A DNA stretch of 64,000 nucleotides, taken from a virus. Positions within the stretch are counted from its first letter, which is position 1. The number at the start of each line of letters is the position of its first letter. Shown here in pieces: positions 43,915 through 52,514 of the stretch. The stretch is taken from the IMG/VR virus record IMGVR_UViG_3300050132_000084, positions 1 to 64,000 of that record; one strand, written 5' to 3'. Made by a program: the position numbers and the translations under genes. Below the pieces are notes generated by a model. That model saw only the letters and a list, made by a program, of their open reading frames with translations. It searched no databases and had not been told where the DNA came from.

Positions 43915-44489
43915 TAAATGATTATACTGAAAAACAAATTCAACCAAAGATATCAACAAAAGAAGCTATCTGTCAACTTGTTCATGGTACTGGAATTTTT
44001 GAAAGTCAAAGAGGCCAATTAAAGTATTTCTACATTCTAAATACGATTGAAGATGGTCTACCGTCTATCAGGGCATTGAGTGTTAATCCAGATGATTTAG
44101 ACAAACTATCAGGTCTAACATTCATCGATTACGCGAAAAATACAAAAATTCCAGTACCACGGTTTCAAGATGAAGCCTATGTTGATTATACTGAAAAACA
44201 AATTCAACCAAAGATATCAACAAAAGAAGCTATCTGTCAACTTGTTCATGTTGTAAATCATGATCGAGACTATGCTTGGGTATGGCAATGTAGTCTAGCC
44301 ATGGCAATTCTAGATGAAGGTGGTTCACACGAATTATCTAATCGTGCAGCAGCAAGATTCCTACAGCAAATATTCGCAGTAGACATCACGAAATTCGCAG
44401 AGTTCAAAGACTTTGAGGAACAATGGAAGAAAGATGCATCTAAAAAATATTATGAAGATATAGATATTGACATTGATGATGGATGTTAA
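43911..44489 (+). CDS. Hypothetical protein containing an in-frame 68-bp direct repeat pair
   Basis: DYTEKQIQPKISTKEAICQLVH occurs twice, at aa 4-25 and aa 92-113. Confidence 0.6.
   Translation: MINDYTEKQIQPKISTKEAICQLVHGTGIFESQRGQLKYFYILNTIEDGLPSIRALSVNPDDLDKLSGLTFIDYAKNTKIPVPRFQDEAYVDYTEKQIQPKISTKEAICQLVHVVNHDRDYAWVWQCSLAMAILDEGGSHELSNRAAARFLQQIFAVDITKFAEFKDFEEQWKKDASKKYYEDIDIDIDDGC
43919..43986 (+). repeat. 68-bp perfect direct repeat, copy 1
   Basis: tgattatactgaaaaacaaattcaaccaaagatatcaacaaaagaagctatctgtcaacttgttcatg. Confidence 0.9.
44183..44250 (+). repeat. 68-bp perfect direct repeat, copy 2
   Basis: Identical to 43919-43986; the offset is 264 nt (88 codons). Confidence 0.9.
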
Positions 44490-44523
44490 GTGAAGTAATC
44501 CTATAAACTATGAAAGGTATTAA

Positions 44524-45180
44524 ATGAAATTTTCAGCACAAACGATTCAAATCCTTAAAAACTTTGCAACAATCAATCAAAACATCATGTTGCGTCCCGG
44601 ATCAGAATTGGCTACAATCTCCACAGGGAAGAATATTTTCGCCACAGCTACCATCGCAGAAGAAATTCCAATTGAAGTCCCTATCTATGATCTAACCAAT
44701 CTACTAGCCCTTCTATCATTGACACAGGAACCAGAAATTGATTTTGGTGAAAAGTCATTGATTATTTCCAAGGATGGTGCAACATTCGAATACTATTATT
44801 CCAGCCCTGATATCATTGTGGCACCACCACAAAAGAAAATCGTGGTGGATGAACACTTTACATTCACACTGGCTAAAGATGATATTACGACCATTCTGAA
44901 GGCTGCTGCTGTCATGAGTGCACCAACATTATCATTCGTGACTAAGGGTGGTAAGGTATTCGTAACAGTGGGTGATCCTAAAACAAAAAGTTCCAATTCA
45001 TATAAGAAGCAAATTGGTGAATCTGAACATGAGTTTGATGTTCAAATCGGTGTTGAAATGATCAAGGTGATTCCAGAAAACTACACAGTGGCATTGTCCA
45101 AGAAGAAATTTATTCACTTCCGTAACGATGAACGTGGCCTGAAATATTGGTTGGCTGCTGGCCCACAATCAACAATTTGA
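44524..45180 (+). CDS. g45: Sliding clamp, T4 gp45 homologue
   Basis: MKFSAQTIQILKNFATINQNIMLRPG against T4 MKLSKDTTALLKNFATINSGIMLKSG; similar size. Confidence 0.93.
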   Translation: MKFSAQTIQILKNFATINQNIMLRPGSELATISTGKNIFATATIAEEIPIEVPIYDLTNLLALLSLTQEPEIDFGEKSLIISKDGATFEYYYSSPDIIVAPPQKKIVVDEHFTFTLAKDDITTILKAAAVMSAPTLSFVTKGGKVFVTVGDPKTKSSNSYKKQIGESEHEFDVQIGVEMIKVIPENYTVALSKKKFIHFRNDERGLKYWLAAGPQSTI

Positions 45181-45187
45181 GTTTGTT

Positions 45188-46138
45188 ATGGAAGAAACAT
45201 ATTTCATAGAAAACAATTTATTCATCTGGACGGAACTTTACCGGCCACTGAATATTGATTATTGTATCCTACCAGATTCAATGAAAGTTGAATTCAATGG
45301 TCTAATCAAAAAGAAGGTACTACCAAACCTGATTCTGAAGGGTACAGCAGGGGTAGGTAAGACAACCATCGCTCGTGCACTATGTGAACAGCTTGGTTGT
45401 GATTATATCATTGTGAACGGTTCTGGTGGTCTTAATGTGGATGAACTACGGGTTCGTGTTACAGATTTCGTTACATCAGTTTCATTAAGTGGAAAACGTA
45501 AATGCGTTCTAGTGGATGAAGCTGACGGAATGAGCCATAAAGTTCAGGATGAACTACGGGGATTCATCGAAGCACATACTAAAAATGTGTTCTTTATCTT
45601 CACATGTAACTTTGCAAATAAGATTATCACACCAATCCATTCACGTTGTTCGGTGATTGACTTTAGGTTAGCTAAAGAAGATAAACCGGCAATGGCTAAA
45701 AAGTTTATGGAACGTGTGAAGGAAATCCTGAAGATTGAGAACGTAACATTCGATAACAAGGTGCTTGCACAAGTTGTCATGAATTATTTTCCAGATTTTC
45801 GTCGCACACTAAATGAACTGCAACGGTATTCTGCTGGTGGTACAATCGATGCTGGTATATTGACTAAATCTGTTGAATCAGATGTGTCAGATTTGATTTT
45901 GACTATCAAGGAAAAATCATTCAAGAAAATGAGGCAGTGGTGCGAAAACAACAGTGATGGTGATTTCAATCTGATTTATTCTAAACTATTTGATTCACTA
46001 TTAGATCAGGTGAATGAAGTACCACAGGCCGTTCTGATCATTTCTGAAGCAGCATATAGGGAATACTTTTGTGTGAATAAAGTGATTAATCTTGTGGCAT
46101 GTTGTACAGAATTGATGGGTTCAGTAAGTTTCAAATGA
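45188..46138 (+). CDS. g44: Clamp loader large subunit, T4 gp44 homologue (AAA+)
   Basis: Walker A GTAGVGKTT, Walker B VLVDEADG and sensor-1 region FIFTCN. Confidence 0.9.
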   Translation: MEETYFIENNLFIWTELYRPLNIDYCILPDSMKVEFNGLIKKKVLPNLILKGTAGVGKTTIARALCEQLGCDYIIVNGSGGLNVDELRVRVTDFVTSVSLSGKRKCVLVDEADGMSHKVQDELRGFIEAHTKNVFFIFTCNFANKIITPIHSRCSVIDFRLAKEDKPAMAKKFMERVKEILKIENVTFDNKVLAQVVMNYFPDFRRTLNELQRYSAGGTIDAGILTKSVESDVSDLILTIKEKSFKKMRQWCENNSDGDFNLIYSKLFDSLLDQVNEVPQAVLIISEAAYREYFCVNKVINLVACCTELMGSVSFK

Positions 46139-46338
46139 ATGCCAATATCCCATATATAATTCCAGATATAAGTTATACCTGTAGAGATAGTGATTTGTTT
46201 GTTTCGTCAGATAATGAAATTCATTCTTTGACACTATTAGAACAATTTTCTTATGCTACAGGAATTATTAGTCTTGATGATCTAGATAAAAAATATAGTA
46301 AATTATGGCTACACGATCAAAAAACAAAAAAACTGTAG
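46135..46338 (+). CDS. Hypothetical small ORF between g44 and g62
   Basis: ATGA-coupled to g44; ends in an A-rich run (caaaaaacaaaaaaactg) that overlaps the g62 start. Confidence 0.4.
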   Translation: MNANIPYIIPDISYTCRDSDLFVSSDNEIHSLTLLEQFSYATGIISLDDLDKKYSKLWLHDQKTKKL

Positions 46339-46808
46339 AATCTACTGGTGATAGCTTGGCATCACTACTAGGGATGGATGAATCTGTTCCTACTGTGATT
46401 GAACCTTATAAAGTTCAGAAGCTGTCACCATTCGATTTCATTAATGCTATATCATACACAAAGGAAAATTTAATCACTGACGAAACAGTGAATCAATACT
46501 TGCCTTTCATTGTGAATAATGGGTTATCGCAATATCAGGATACCGTAGTGTTGGCAAATTATGTTAATTGTAGACCACATATTCCGAATAAAGGTCAATT
46601 TTATTTCCTCATAAATACTGTTACCAAACGTAAAAGGTTTGATAAATGGTGCAAGAGCATTGAAGTGGAAAATCTTGATTTAGTAATGGAATATTATAAT
46701 TGTTCTAGAAGTAAAGCAATCTCCGCTTTGAAAATCTTGTCAGAAGAAAATATAGCCATGATAAGGCATAAGACAAGAAAAGGTGGTAATGATGGACAGA
46801 CTAAATGA
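46305..46808 (+). CDS. g62: Clamp loader small subunit, T4 gp62 homologue
   Basis: NQYLPFIVNNGLSQYQD...FYFLINTVTKRKRFDKWCK parallels T4 gp62 KDYSKFMVENALSQFPE...FNYLMAAVPRGKRYGKWAK. Confidence 0.75.
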   Translation: MATRSKNKKTVESTGDSLASLLGMDESVPTVIEPYKVQKLSPFDFINAISYTKENLITDETVNQYLPFIVNNGLSQYQDTVVLANYVNCRPHIPNKGQFYFLINTVTKRKRFDKWCKSIEVENLDLVMEYYNCSRSKAISALKILSEENIAMIRHKTRKGGNDGQTK

Positions 46809-47244
46809 CGTATTTAAATTAGATAGATTTGATTATGAACCGTTAGAAATAACATTGACAACACCTGATTCGTTTTTGAAGATTCGTGAAACGCTTACCA
46901 GAATTGGTATACTATCGAAAAAATCTAATGTACTATGGCAGTCATGTCACATTCTGTCCAAGCGTGGTAAATTTTATTTGGTACATTTCAAAGAGTTATT
47001 TGCACTATCAAACAAGAAAACAGATTTAACTGATAATGATATTGAACGTAGAAATCGCATTGCCAAACTTCTAGAAGATTGGCGATTGTTGAAAGTGGTA
47101 ACTGTTTCACAATTGTACTATATGTGTCCATCTAATGAAATCTCTATCATCAGCTATAAGGATAAGAGTAAGTATGAATTGAAGACAAAATATTGCATGG
47201 TAACAGAATTTAATGAACGTAAGAAAGCACAACTTGGAGAATAA
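46789..47244 (+). CDS. regA: Translational repressor RegA
   Basis: LEITLTTPDSFLKIRETLTRIGI...VLWQSCHILSKRGKFYLVHFKELF...RRNRIAKLLEDWRLL parallels T4 RegA IEITLKKPEDFLKVKETLTRMGI...VLYQSCHILQKKGLYYIVHFKEML...RRDSIAWLLEDWGLI. Confidence 0.88.
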   Translation: MMDRLNDVFKLDRFDYEPLEITLTTPDSFLKIRETLTRIGILSKKSNVLWQSCHILSKRGKFYLVHFKELFALSNKKTDLTDNDIERRNRIAKLLEDWRLLKVVTVSQLYYMCPSNEISIISYKDKSKYELKTKYCMVTEFNERKKAQLGE

Positions 47245-47561
47245 TGATGTCGTTGAATGAAGCAAAGATTGAACAAGAAATAATCAATAAAAAACTAAAT
47301 GCACCACGATTAACACCAACAATGATTGATGCTACAATCGAATCCACGGCATATTACGTATTCCCCGGAACAACTTTGACTGTATGTTGCATCACTCTAC
47401 AAAATGGATTCAATGTGGTTGGTGAAAGTGCAGCAGCTAGTCCAGAAAATTTTGATGCAGATATTGGTCGTAAGATTGCATTCGAAAATGCCCGTAATAA
47501 AATTTGGGAATTAGAAGGATATCTTTTAAAACAACGTTTATTTGAAGGAAGTACAAAATGA
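47244..47561 (+). CDS. Gp49-like family protein (N4 gp49 / Sf6 gp66 type)
   Basis: Y.FPGTTLTVCCITLQNGF.VVGESAAASPENFDADIGRKIAFENAR.KIWELEGYLL is the pattern I associate with that family. Confidence 0.55.
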   Translation: MMSLNEAKIEQEIINKKLNAPRLTPTMIDATIESTAYYVFPGTTLTVCCITLQNGFNVVGESAAASPENFDADIGRKIAFENARNKIWELEGYLLKQRLFEGSTK

Positions 47562-47986
47562 GTAATTTGACTTACACAACACCACCAGAATATGGATTTT
47601 GGGCTGACGGTAATATTAATAAGCATTCGTTTTCTGATATCGTTTATCAGTTCACTACATCTTTGATTAATGCATATCTTTATCATGATAGATTCAATTT
47701 GAATTTGAGTTCAACTAAATCATTAGAAGAAGCAATGTATGAGTATAGAAATGAACCATGTGGCGAAAATAATACCAAATATACAGTTTCCTTAAATAAT
47801 GCTGATTTGAAAGTGGCTGCATTATTGATTAAGAATATCAAAGCAACTGAATTCGAAATTTCACCAAGTTGCACTTATGTCCACTTTGATAACATTGATT
47901 CGGCACGAGTGTTTATTACGGTATATAATGATATCATTGCTGGCGTAGCATTGGAACTAGTTGATGGATATATTGACCAAAATTGA
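47558..47986 (+). CDS. Hypothetical protein
   Basis: ATGA-coupled packed ORF. Confidence 0.6.
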   Translation: MSNLTYTTPPEYGFWADGNINKHSFSDIVYQFTTSLINAYLYHDRFNLNLSSTKSLEEAMYEYRNEPCGENNTKYTVSLNNADLKVAALLIKNIKATEFEISPSCTYVHFDNIDSARVFITVYNDIIAGVALELVDGYIDQN

Positions 47987-48109
47987 AATATCATTGGATA
48001 TTGATTCAGTGAATTCAATTTTGGAATCACTCACTGAATTGCAATATAAAGTTGCATATCCAATCATTCAAGAAATTATTAGACAAATAAACAACCAAAA
48101 GAATAGATT

Positions 48110-48406
48110 ATGATCGTAGTAATGCGTATGTTGAATGGTGAAGAAATTATTGGTAAAATTGCAACTGATAAAGATGGATCAACAACAATTGAAAATCCTT
48201 GTATTATTGATACAGTAATTTCTGGTGCAGGTCAAGTTAAAGCTAACATGATTCCTACTGCATTATTCTGTAAAGATCGTACTGTTTTATTGAACCAACA
48301 TTCTGTAATGTGGTCAAATGAAGCCACAGATGAAATGGCTAATGCATATAATGCTAAATACAGTACAATCATCACTCCACCCACAAAAAGTATTCTTCAT
48401 AGTTGA
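48110..48406 (+). CDS. Hypothetical protein (possibly Sm-like fold)
   Basis: The N-terminus VVMRMLNGEEIIGKI resembles Sm/LSm beta-strand motifs. Weak. Confidence 0.55.
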   Translation: MIVVMRMLNGEEIIGKIATDKDGSTTIENPCIIDTVISGAGQVKANMIPTALFCKDRTVLLNQHSVMWSNEATDEMANAYNAKYSTIITPPTKSILHS

Positions 48407-48431
48407 CATCACAAAATAGTTGTGGTATAAT
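48403..48431 (+). promoter_or_regulatory. Perfect consensus early promoter (TTGACA-N17-TATAAT with TG extension) driving tRNA genes
   Basis: ttgaca at 48403-48408; tgtggtataatg at 48421-48432. The first tRNA starts 19 nt after the -10 box. Confidence 0.8.
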
Positions 48432-48449
48432 GGTTGTATAAGTAACAAA

Positions 48450-48527
48450 CTCTGTGTCGTACAGTCTGGTCTAGTATACGTGCTTTGGGAGCATGGGACA
48501 TTGGTTCAAATCCAGTCGCGGAGACCA
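48450..48527 (+). tRNA. tRNA-Pro (anticodon UGG), CCA encoded
   Basis: Hand fold: acceptor ctctgtg/cgcggag (two G-U pairs), D stem gtac/gtat, anticodon stem cgtgc/gcatg, loop ttTGGga, T arm attgg-ttcaaat-ccagt, A73 and C1-G72 as in bacterial tRNA-Pro. Confidence 0.8.
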
Positions 48528-48543
48528 AGAATTTAGCAGCAAT

Positions 48544-48629
48544 GCCGGGTTCGCATAGTGGGATTGCGCTTGACTTGTAATCAAGAAGGGGAAACCCTAA
48601 GTGGTGTTCGATTCACCAATCCGGCACCA
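48544..48629 (+). tRNA. Class-II-shaped tRNA (3-bp D stem, 16-nt variable arm) with anticodon UGU (Thr), CCA encoded
   Basis: Hand fold: acceptor gccgggt/atccggc, D stem gca/tgc, perfect anticodon stem cttga/tcaag, loop ctTGTaa, variable arm aaggggaaaccctaag (ggg/ccc stem), T arm tggtg-ttcgatt-cacca, A73. Confidence 0.7.
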
Positions 48630-48668
48630 TAATAGGGAGCCAAGTTTTATATATTATGAGGAAACCGT

Positions 48669-48866
48669 ATGGAACAGCAGCAACAATATATTCATGATTT
48701 CAGTAAATGTGTTGGACAAACACAACAATTTGACTGTCCAGTTAAATCCGAATGTAAACGTTTTACTGAACAATCAGTACAACCACCAGCATGGCAACCA
48801 TGGTTCCTTATAATTCCTTATAATCAACAAAAAAATTCATGTGAATTGAAGGTAAATAATGGCTGA
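48669..48866 (+). CDS. Cys-rich small protein (paralogue A)
   Basis: C-x8-C-x4-C-KRFT...PWF...C pattern shared with the next gene. Confidence 0.5.
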   Translation: MEQQQQYIHDFSKCVGQTQQFDCPVKSECKRFTEQSVQPPAWQPWFLIIPYNQQKNSCELKVNNG

Positions 48867-49212
48867 TATCAGTATGTGTTCCGGTGAAGGGTGTGATATT
48901 AAACTTTCTTGTCATCGCCATACAGCAGTAAAGAATCCTTATTTTCAGGCTTATTTTCAGGTTCCACCAATTGTAGGGAAAAACTGTGATCAATTTTGGT
49001 CAAACATAGGTTACAATAAAGATAAGGAATTAAAGATGCCAAGACTTCAATCGATTAGTGAATTAACACCAGAACAACAAGATAAGATTCGTAATAATTT
49101 GAATGAATATTACGTGTCAATTGATCCAAGGTCATATGAAAAATATATTCGTGTGTATGGTATTGATATAAGCTATAAATCAATCGTTGAATCACAACTT
49201 CTAGAGGAGTAA
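48859..49212 (+). CDS. Cys-rich protein (paralogue B)
   Basis: MCSGEGCDIKLSCHRHT...YFQ.PP...C pattern; overlaps the upstream gene by 8 nt. Confidence 0.55.
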   Translation: MADISMCSGEGCDIKLSCHRHTAVKNPYFQAYFQVPPIVGKNCDQFWSNIGYNKDKELKMPRLQSISELTPEQQDKIRNNLNEYYVSIDPRSYEKYIRVYGIDISYKSIVESQLLEE

Positions 49213-49214
49213 AC

Positions 49215-49472
49215 ATGAAAAAACTATTTCTACTTGCTGTACTGTTGTTTTCTATTAATGTAATGGCACATCCTGTTGTCATTGTTAGTCCAATCGTGAT
49301 TGCACCACCTGTTGTGGTTTATCCACCATTCCCACCTGTGTATTTGCAACCACAACCATATTACGTTGAACCAGAATTCATTGTGACTATGGTGTTCGAT
49401 GAACGTTGCCGGTGCAATATAGAACATCGTGTTCGTAATCCAAATTTCCTCAAACGTATTCAGCGTCGTTAA
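49215..49472 (+). CDS. Secreted Pro/Val-rich small protein
   Basis: Signal peptide MKKLFLLAVLLFSINVMA, then HPVVIVSPIVIAPPVVVYPPFPPVYLQPQPYY. Confidence 0.6.
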   Translation: MKKLFLLAVLLFSINVMAHPVVIVSPIVIAPPVVVYPPFPPVYLQPQPYYVEPEFIVTMVFDERCRCNIEHRVRNPNFLKRIQRR

Positions 49473-49473
49473 T

Positions 49474-49662
49474 ATGAAATCATTAATCAACTGGTTTCCA
49501 CAGTGGAAATATATTTGGATTGTAATTCAGCACATGTTGGTGTGTGCTTGGGTTATGGCGTTCGTGGTTTTTCTTCTTGTCACAGCCAAATATTATGTGC
49601 CATTATTTCTATTAATTATGATACCAACTATTATTGTTATTCTGGCGAAGTTGTTTTCATAG
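49474..49662 (+). CDS. Small membrane protein
   Basis: Two TM helices. The ATG at 49474, right after the upstream stop, is preferred over the track start at 49429. Confidence 0.5.
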   Translation: MKSLINWFPQWKYIWIVIQHMLVCAWVMAFVVFLLVTAKYYVPLFLLIMIPTIIVILAKLFS

Positions 49663-49673
49663 AGTATTTTAGT

Positions 49674-49748
49674 TTGACCATAACTTAATGGTTAAAGTCG
49701 TGGATTGTGATTCCGCTTATGTGAGTTCGATTCTCACTGGTCAACCCA
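49674..49748 (+). tRNA. tRNA-His (anticodon GUG), CCA encoded, no encoded G-1
   Basis: Hand fold: acceptor ttgacca/tggtcaa, D stem actt/aagt, anticodon stem gtgga/tccgc, loop ttGTGat, T arm gtgag-ttcgatt-ctcac, C73. The base at -1 is T. Confidence 0.8.
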
Positions 49749-49779
49749 AAGTATTTTATAATTAATATGGAGTATCACA

Positions 49780-52275
49780 TTGAATAGTTTTTATACAAGT
49801 GCAAGACAGTATGGCAATCAGATTTTGGTTCGTGGTGTAAAAGATGGAAAACGGTATCTTGATCGTCAAAAATTTAAGCCAACACTTTATACACTGAAGA
49901 ATTCACCATCAAAATTCAATTCCCTTCAAGGTGAACCATTAGTCGCACACAAATTCGATAGTATCAATGATGCCAAAGAATATGTCAAAAAATATGAAGG
50001 CATCCGCAATTTCAAAATATTCGGCAATACAGCCTATCAATTTCAATGGGTAAATGAAACACATAATGGACTAATTGAGTATGACCCTGATCTTATTAAA
50101 ACATCAACTGTTGATATTGAAACTACGGTTAATCATGGCTTTCCAGATTATTTCAATCCAATTGAAGAAATTACTTTAATTTCAGTAAAGGATCGTGTAA
50201 CCAAAGAAGTCACTACATTTGGATGTTGGGACTATACCCCAAAGAAGGATAATGTCACCTACGTTAAATGTGACAATGAAAAAGAATTGTTGATGGAATT
50301 CCTTTCATTTTGGGAAGAAGATTATCCAGACATTATCACAGGATGGAACACAGATGAATTCGATATTGTCTATACCATAGAACGCATGAAGCGTGTCATT
50401 GGTGAGGATAATACTAAACGATTATCACCATTCGGCATTATCAGGGGCCGCGAATATGATCAGCTTGGTCAAAAGAAGATGGAATATGAAATCTTCGGTA
50501 TTGCATCATTGGACTACCTACGATTATACAAGAAATTTGCTGATGAAAAGCGTGAGTCATACAAGCTAGATTTCATTGGTGAAGTTGAACTAGGGATGAA
50601 TAAGAATGAAAATCCCTATCCATCATTCAAGGAATGGTATGAGAATGATCCAGAATCATTCATTGATTATAACATTGTCGATACTGACATTGTGGATGGA
50701 CTTGAAGATAAACTAAGTTTCATTGCATTGGCTATATCCCTTGCATACAAAGCAAAGATTAATTTTGATGATGTGTTTAGTCCTGTTAAAATGTGGGATA
50801 CCATCATTTACAATCATCTATTGGATCAGAACATAGTTGTTCCATTCAAGGATGAAAGTTTCCATGAAGAAAAATCCATTGAAGGTGCATTTGTAAAAGA
50901 CCCTATTCCGGGGTTATATAAGAATGTCGCATCATTTGACTTAGCTTCATTGTATCCGCACATTATCATGGCACTCAATATGAGTCCTGAGACCATCCAT
51001 GACACCATGGTTGATGTTGATGTGAAGACCCTACTAGAAGGTGCATACAACGTTATTGAAGGCTTCTCACTAGCCCCTAATGGCAGTATGTACGATATGT
51101 CCAAAGCTGGATTCTTACCGGCATTGATGAAATATTATTACAGTGAACGTAAGATTGTCAAAAAGGAAATGTTGAAGTTAAAAAGTCAACTTGAGATTTC
51201 ACGTGAAACATTATTACCTGAAGATAGACGATATTTAGAAAATCGTATTGCTACACTACATGCATTACAATTGGCATTGAAGATTGCATTGAATTCAGCA
51301 TATGGTGCACTGGCACAGAAAAGTTTCAGATTCTTTGATACACGTATTGCAGAAGGTATCACGATGTCTGGACAATTGATCATCCAACATGCCGAACATG
51401 CCGCAAATAACATGTTGAATAAAATCCTTAATACTGATAAGGATTATGTCATCGCCTGTGATACTGATTCAGCATATTTGAATCTGGAATCATTTGTGGA
51501 GAAATTCTGCAATGGTAAAACAGTGGATCAGAAAATTGATTTCATGATGAAAGTTTGTGATGGTAAATTTCAAACTGAATTAAATGATTCCTGTGATAAA
51601 CTTTCTATTAGTATGAATTGGAAAACTGGATTAATCGCATTCAAGCGTGAAGCAATCTGTACTGCTGGTGTATGGACAGGCAAGAAGCGATATGCACTAA
51701 TGGTCTATGATAATGAAGGGGTTCGTTACGCTGAACCACAATTGAAAGTCACTGGCTTATCTGTAGTGTCATCAGGCACACCAAAATGTGTTAAGGAACC
51801 ATTGCGTGATTGTATTCGACAAATCCTTACTGGTGATGAAAAAACGCTTCAGGCATTCGTTAAAGAACAGGAAACACGATATATGGATTTGATGCCAGAT
51901 GTTATTTCATTTCCAAAGGGTGTGAATAACCTGATGAAATATACATCACATAATGAAATTTATACCAAGGGTACACCAATTGGAGTACGTGCAGCATTAC
52001 TTCATAATCACCTAGTAAATACCAAGTCATTGAGTAATTATGAATTGATTAAAGAGGGTGGAAAAATAAGATTCCTGTACTTAAAGGAACCAAATATTTT
52101 AAGAGAAAATGTAATTGGGTTCGTTGACCATCTTCCACCAGAATTTGGATTGACACAATATGTTGATTATCCTTTAATGTGGGAGAAATCATTTATTGCA
52201 CCATTAAAGAAAATTACAGATGCAGTTGGTTGGAATTATGAAGAAAAAAACACTTTAGACACACTTTTTGAATAA
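49780..52275 (+). CDS. g43: Family B DNA polymerase, T4 gp43 homologue
   Basis: Exo I VDIET, Exo II/III regions, motif A FDLASLYP, motif B KIALNSAYG and motif C ACDTDS. Apparent TTG start 8 nt after ggag; the N-terminus NSFYTS parallels T4 KEFYIS. Confidence 0.95.
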   Translation: MNSFYTSARQYGNQILVRGVKDGKRYLDRQKFKPTLYTLKNSPSKFNSLQGEPLVAHKFDSINDAKEYVKKYEGIRNFKIFGNTAYQFQWVNETHNGLIEYDPDLIKTSTVDIETTVNHGFPDYFNPIEEITLISVKDRVTKEVTTFGCWDYTPKKDNVTYVKCDNEKELLMEFLSFWEEDYPDIITGWNTDEFDIVYTIERMKRVIGEDNTKRLSPFGIIRGREYDQLGQKKMEYEIFGIASLDYLRLYKKFADEKRESYKLDFIGEVELGMNKNENPYPSFKEWYENDPESFIDYNIVDTDIVDGLEDKLSFIALAISLAYKAKINFDDVFSPVKMWDTIIYNHLLDQNIVVPFKDESFHEEKSIEGAFVKDPIPGLYKNVASFDLASLYPHIIMALNMSPETIHDTMVDVDVKTLLEGAYNVIEGFSLAPNGSMYDMSKAGFLPALMKYYYSERKIVKKEMLKLKSQLEISRETLLPEDRRYLENRIATLHALQLALKIALNSAYGALAQKSFRFFDTRIAEGITMSGQLIIQHAEHAANNMLNKILNTDKDYVIACDTDSAYLNLESFVEKFCNGKTVDQKIDFMMKVCDGKFQTELNDSCDKLSISMNWKTGLIAFKREAICTAGVWTGKKRYALMVYDNEGVRYAEPQLKVTGLSVVSSGTPKCVKEPLRDCIRQILTGDEKTLQAFVKEQETRYMDLMPDVISFPKGVNNLMKYTSHNEIYTKGTPIGVRAALLHNHLVNTKSLSNYELIKEGGKIRFLYLKEPNILRENVIGFVDHLPPEFGLTQYVDYPLMWEKSFIAPLKKITDAVGWNYEEKNTLDTLFE

Positions 52276-52284
52276 GGAAATATA

Positions 52285-52512
52285 ATGATACAAACTATTA
52301 CAAACATCACAATTTATGACGAAGAAAGTGATGTTGCAATTTTAATTGACCGTGGTACAGATAAAGCTGTTCCGTCAATTAGCATTAAATCATTAGGTAT
52401 GATGTATGACGGTGAACCAGATGAATTAAATATTACTATTACATTGGATGAAGCTAGGGCTTTGGTTGATGCAATAGAACGTCAAATTGAATATATTGAG
52501 AGTGATATTTGA
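52285..52512 (+). CDS. Hypothetical small acidic protein
   Basis: RBS aagga upstream; packed ORF. Confidence 0.55.
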   Translation: MIQTITNITIYDEESDVAILIDRGTDKAVPSISIKSLGMMYDGEPDELNITITLDEARALVDAIERQIEYIESDI

Positions 52513-52514
52513 TT

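Noticed and set aside
47973-48113. 46-codon ORF (TTG start) ending in an ATGA overlap with ORF 48110
   Set aside because: There is no ATG or clear RBS and the length is short. It may be real (the coupling is suggestive) but cannot be supported from sequence alone.
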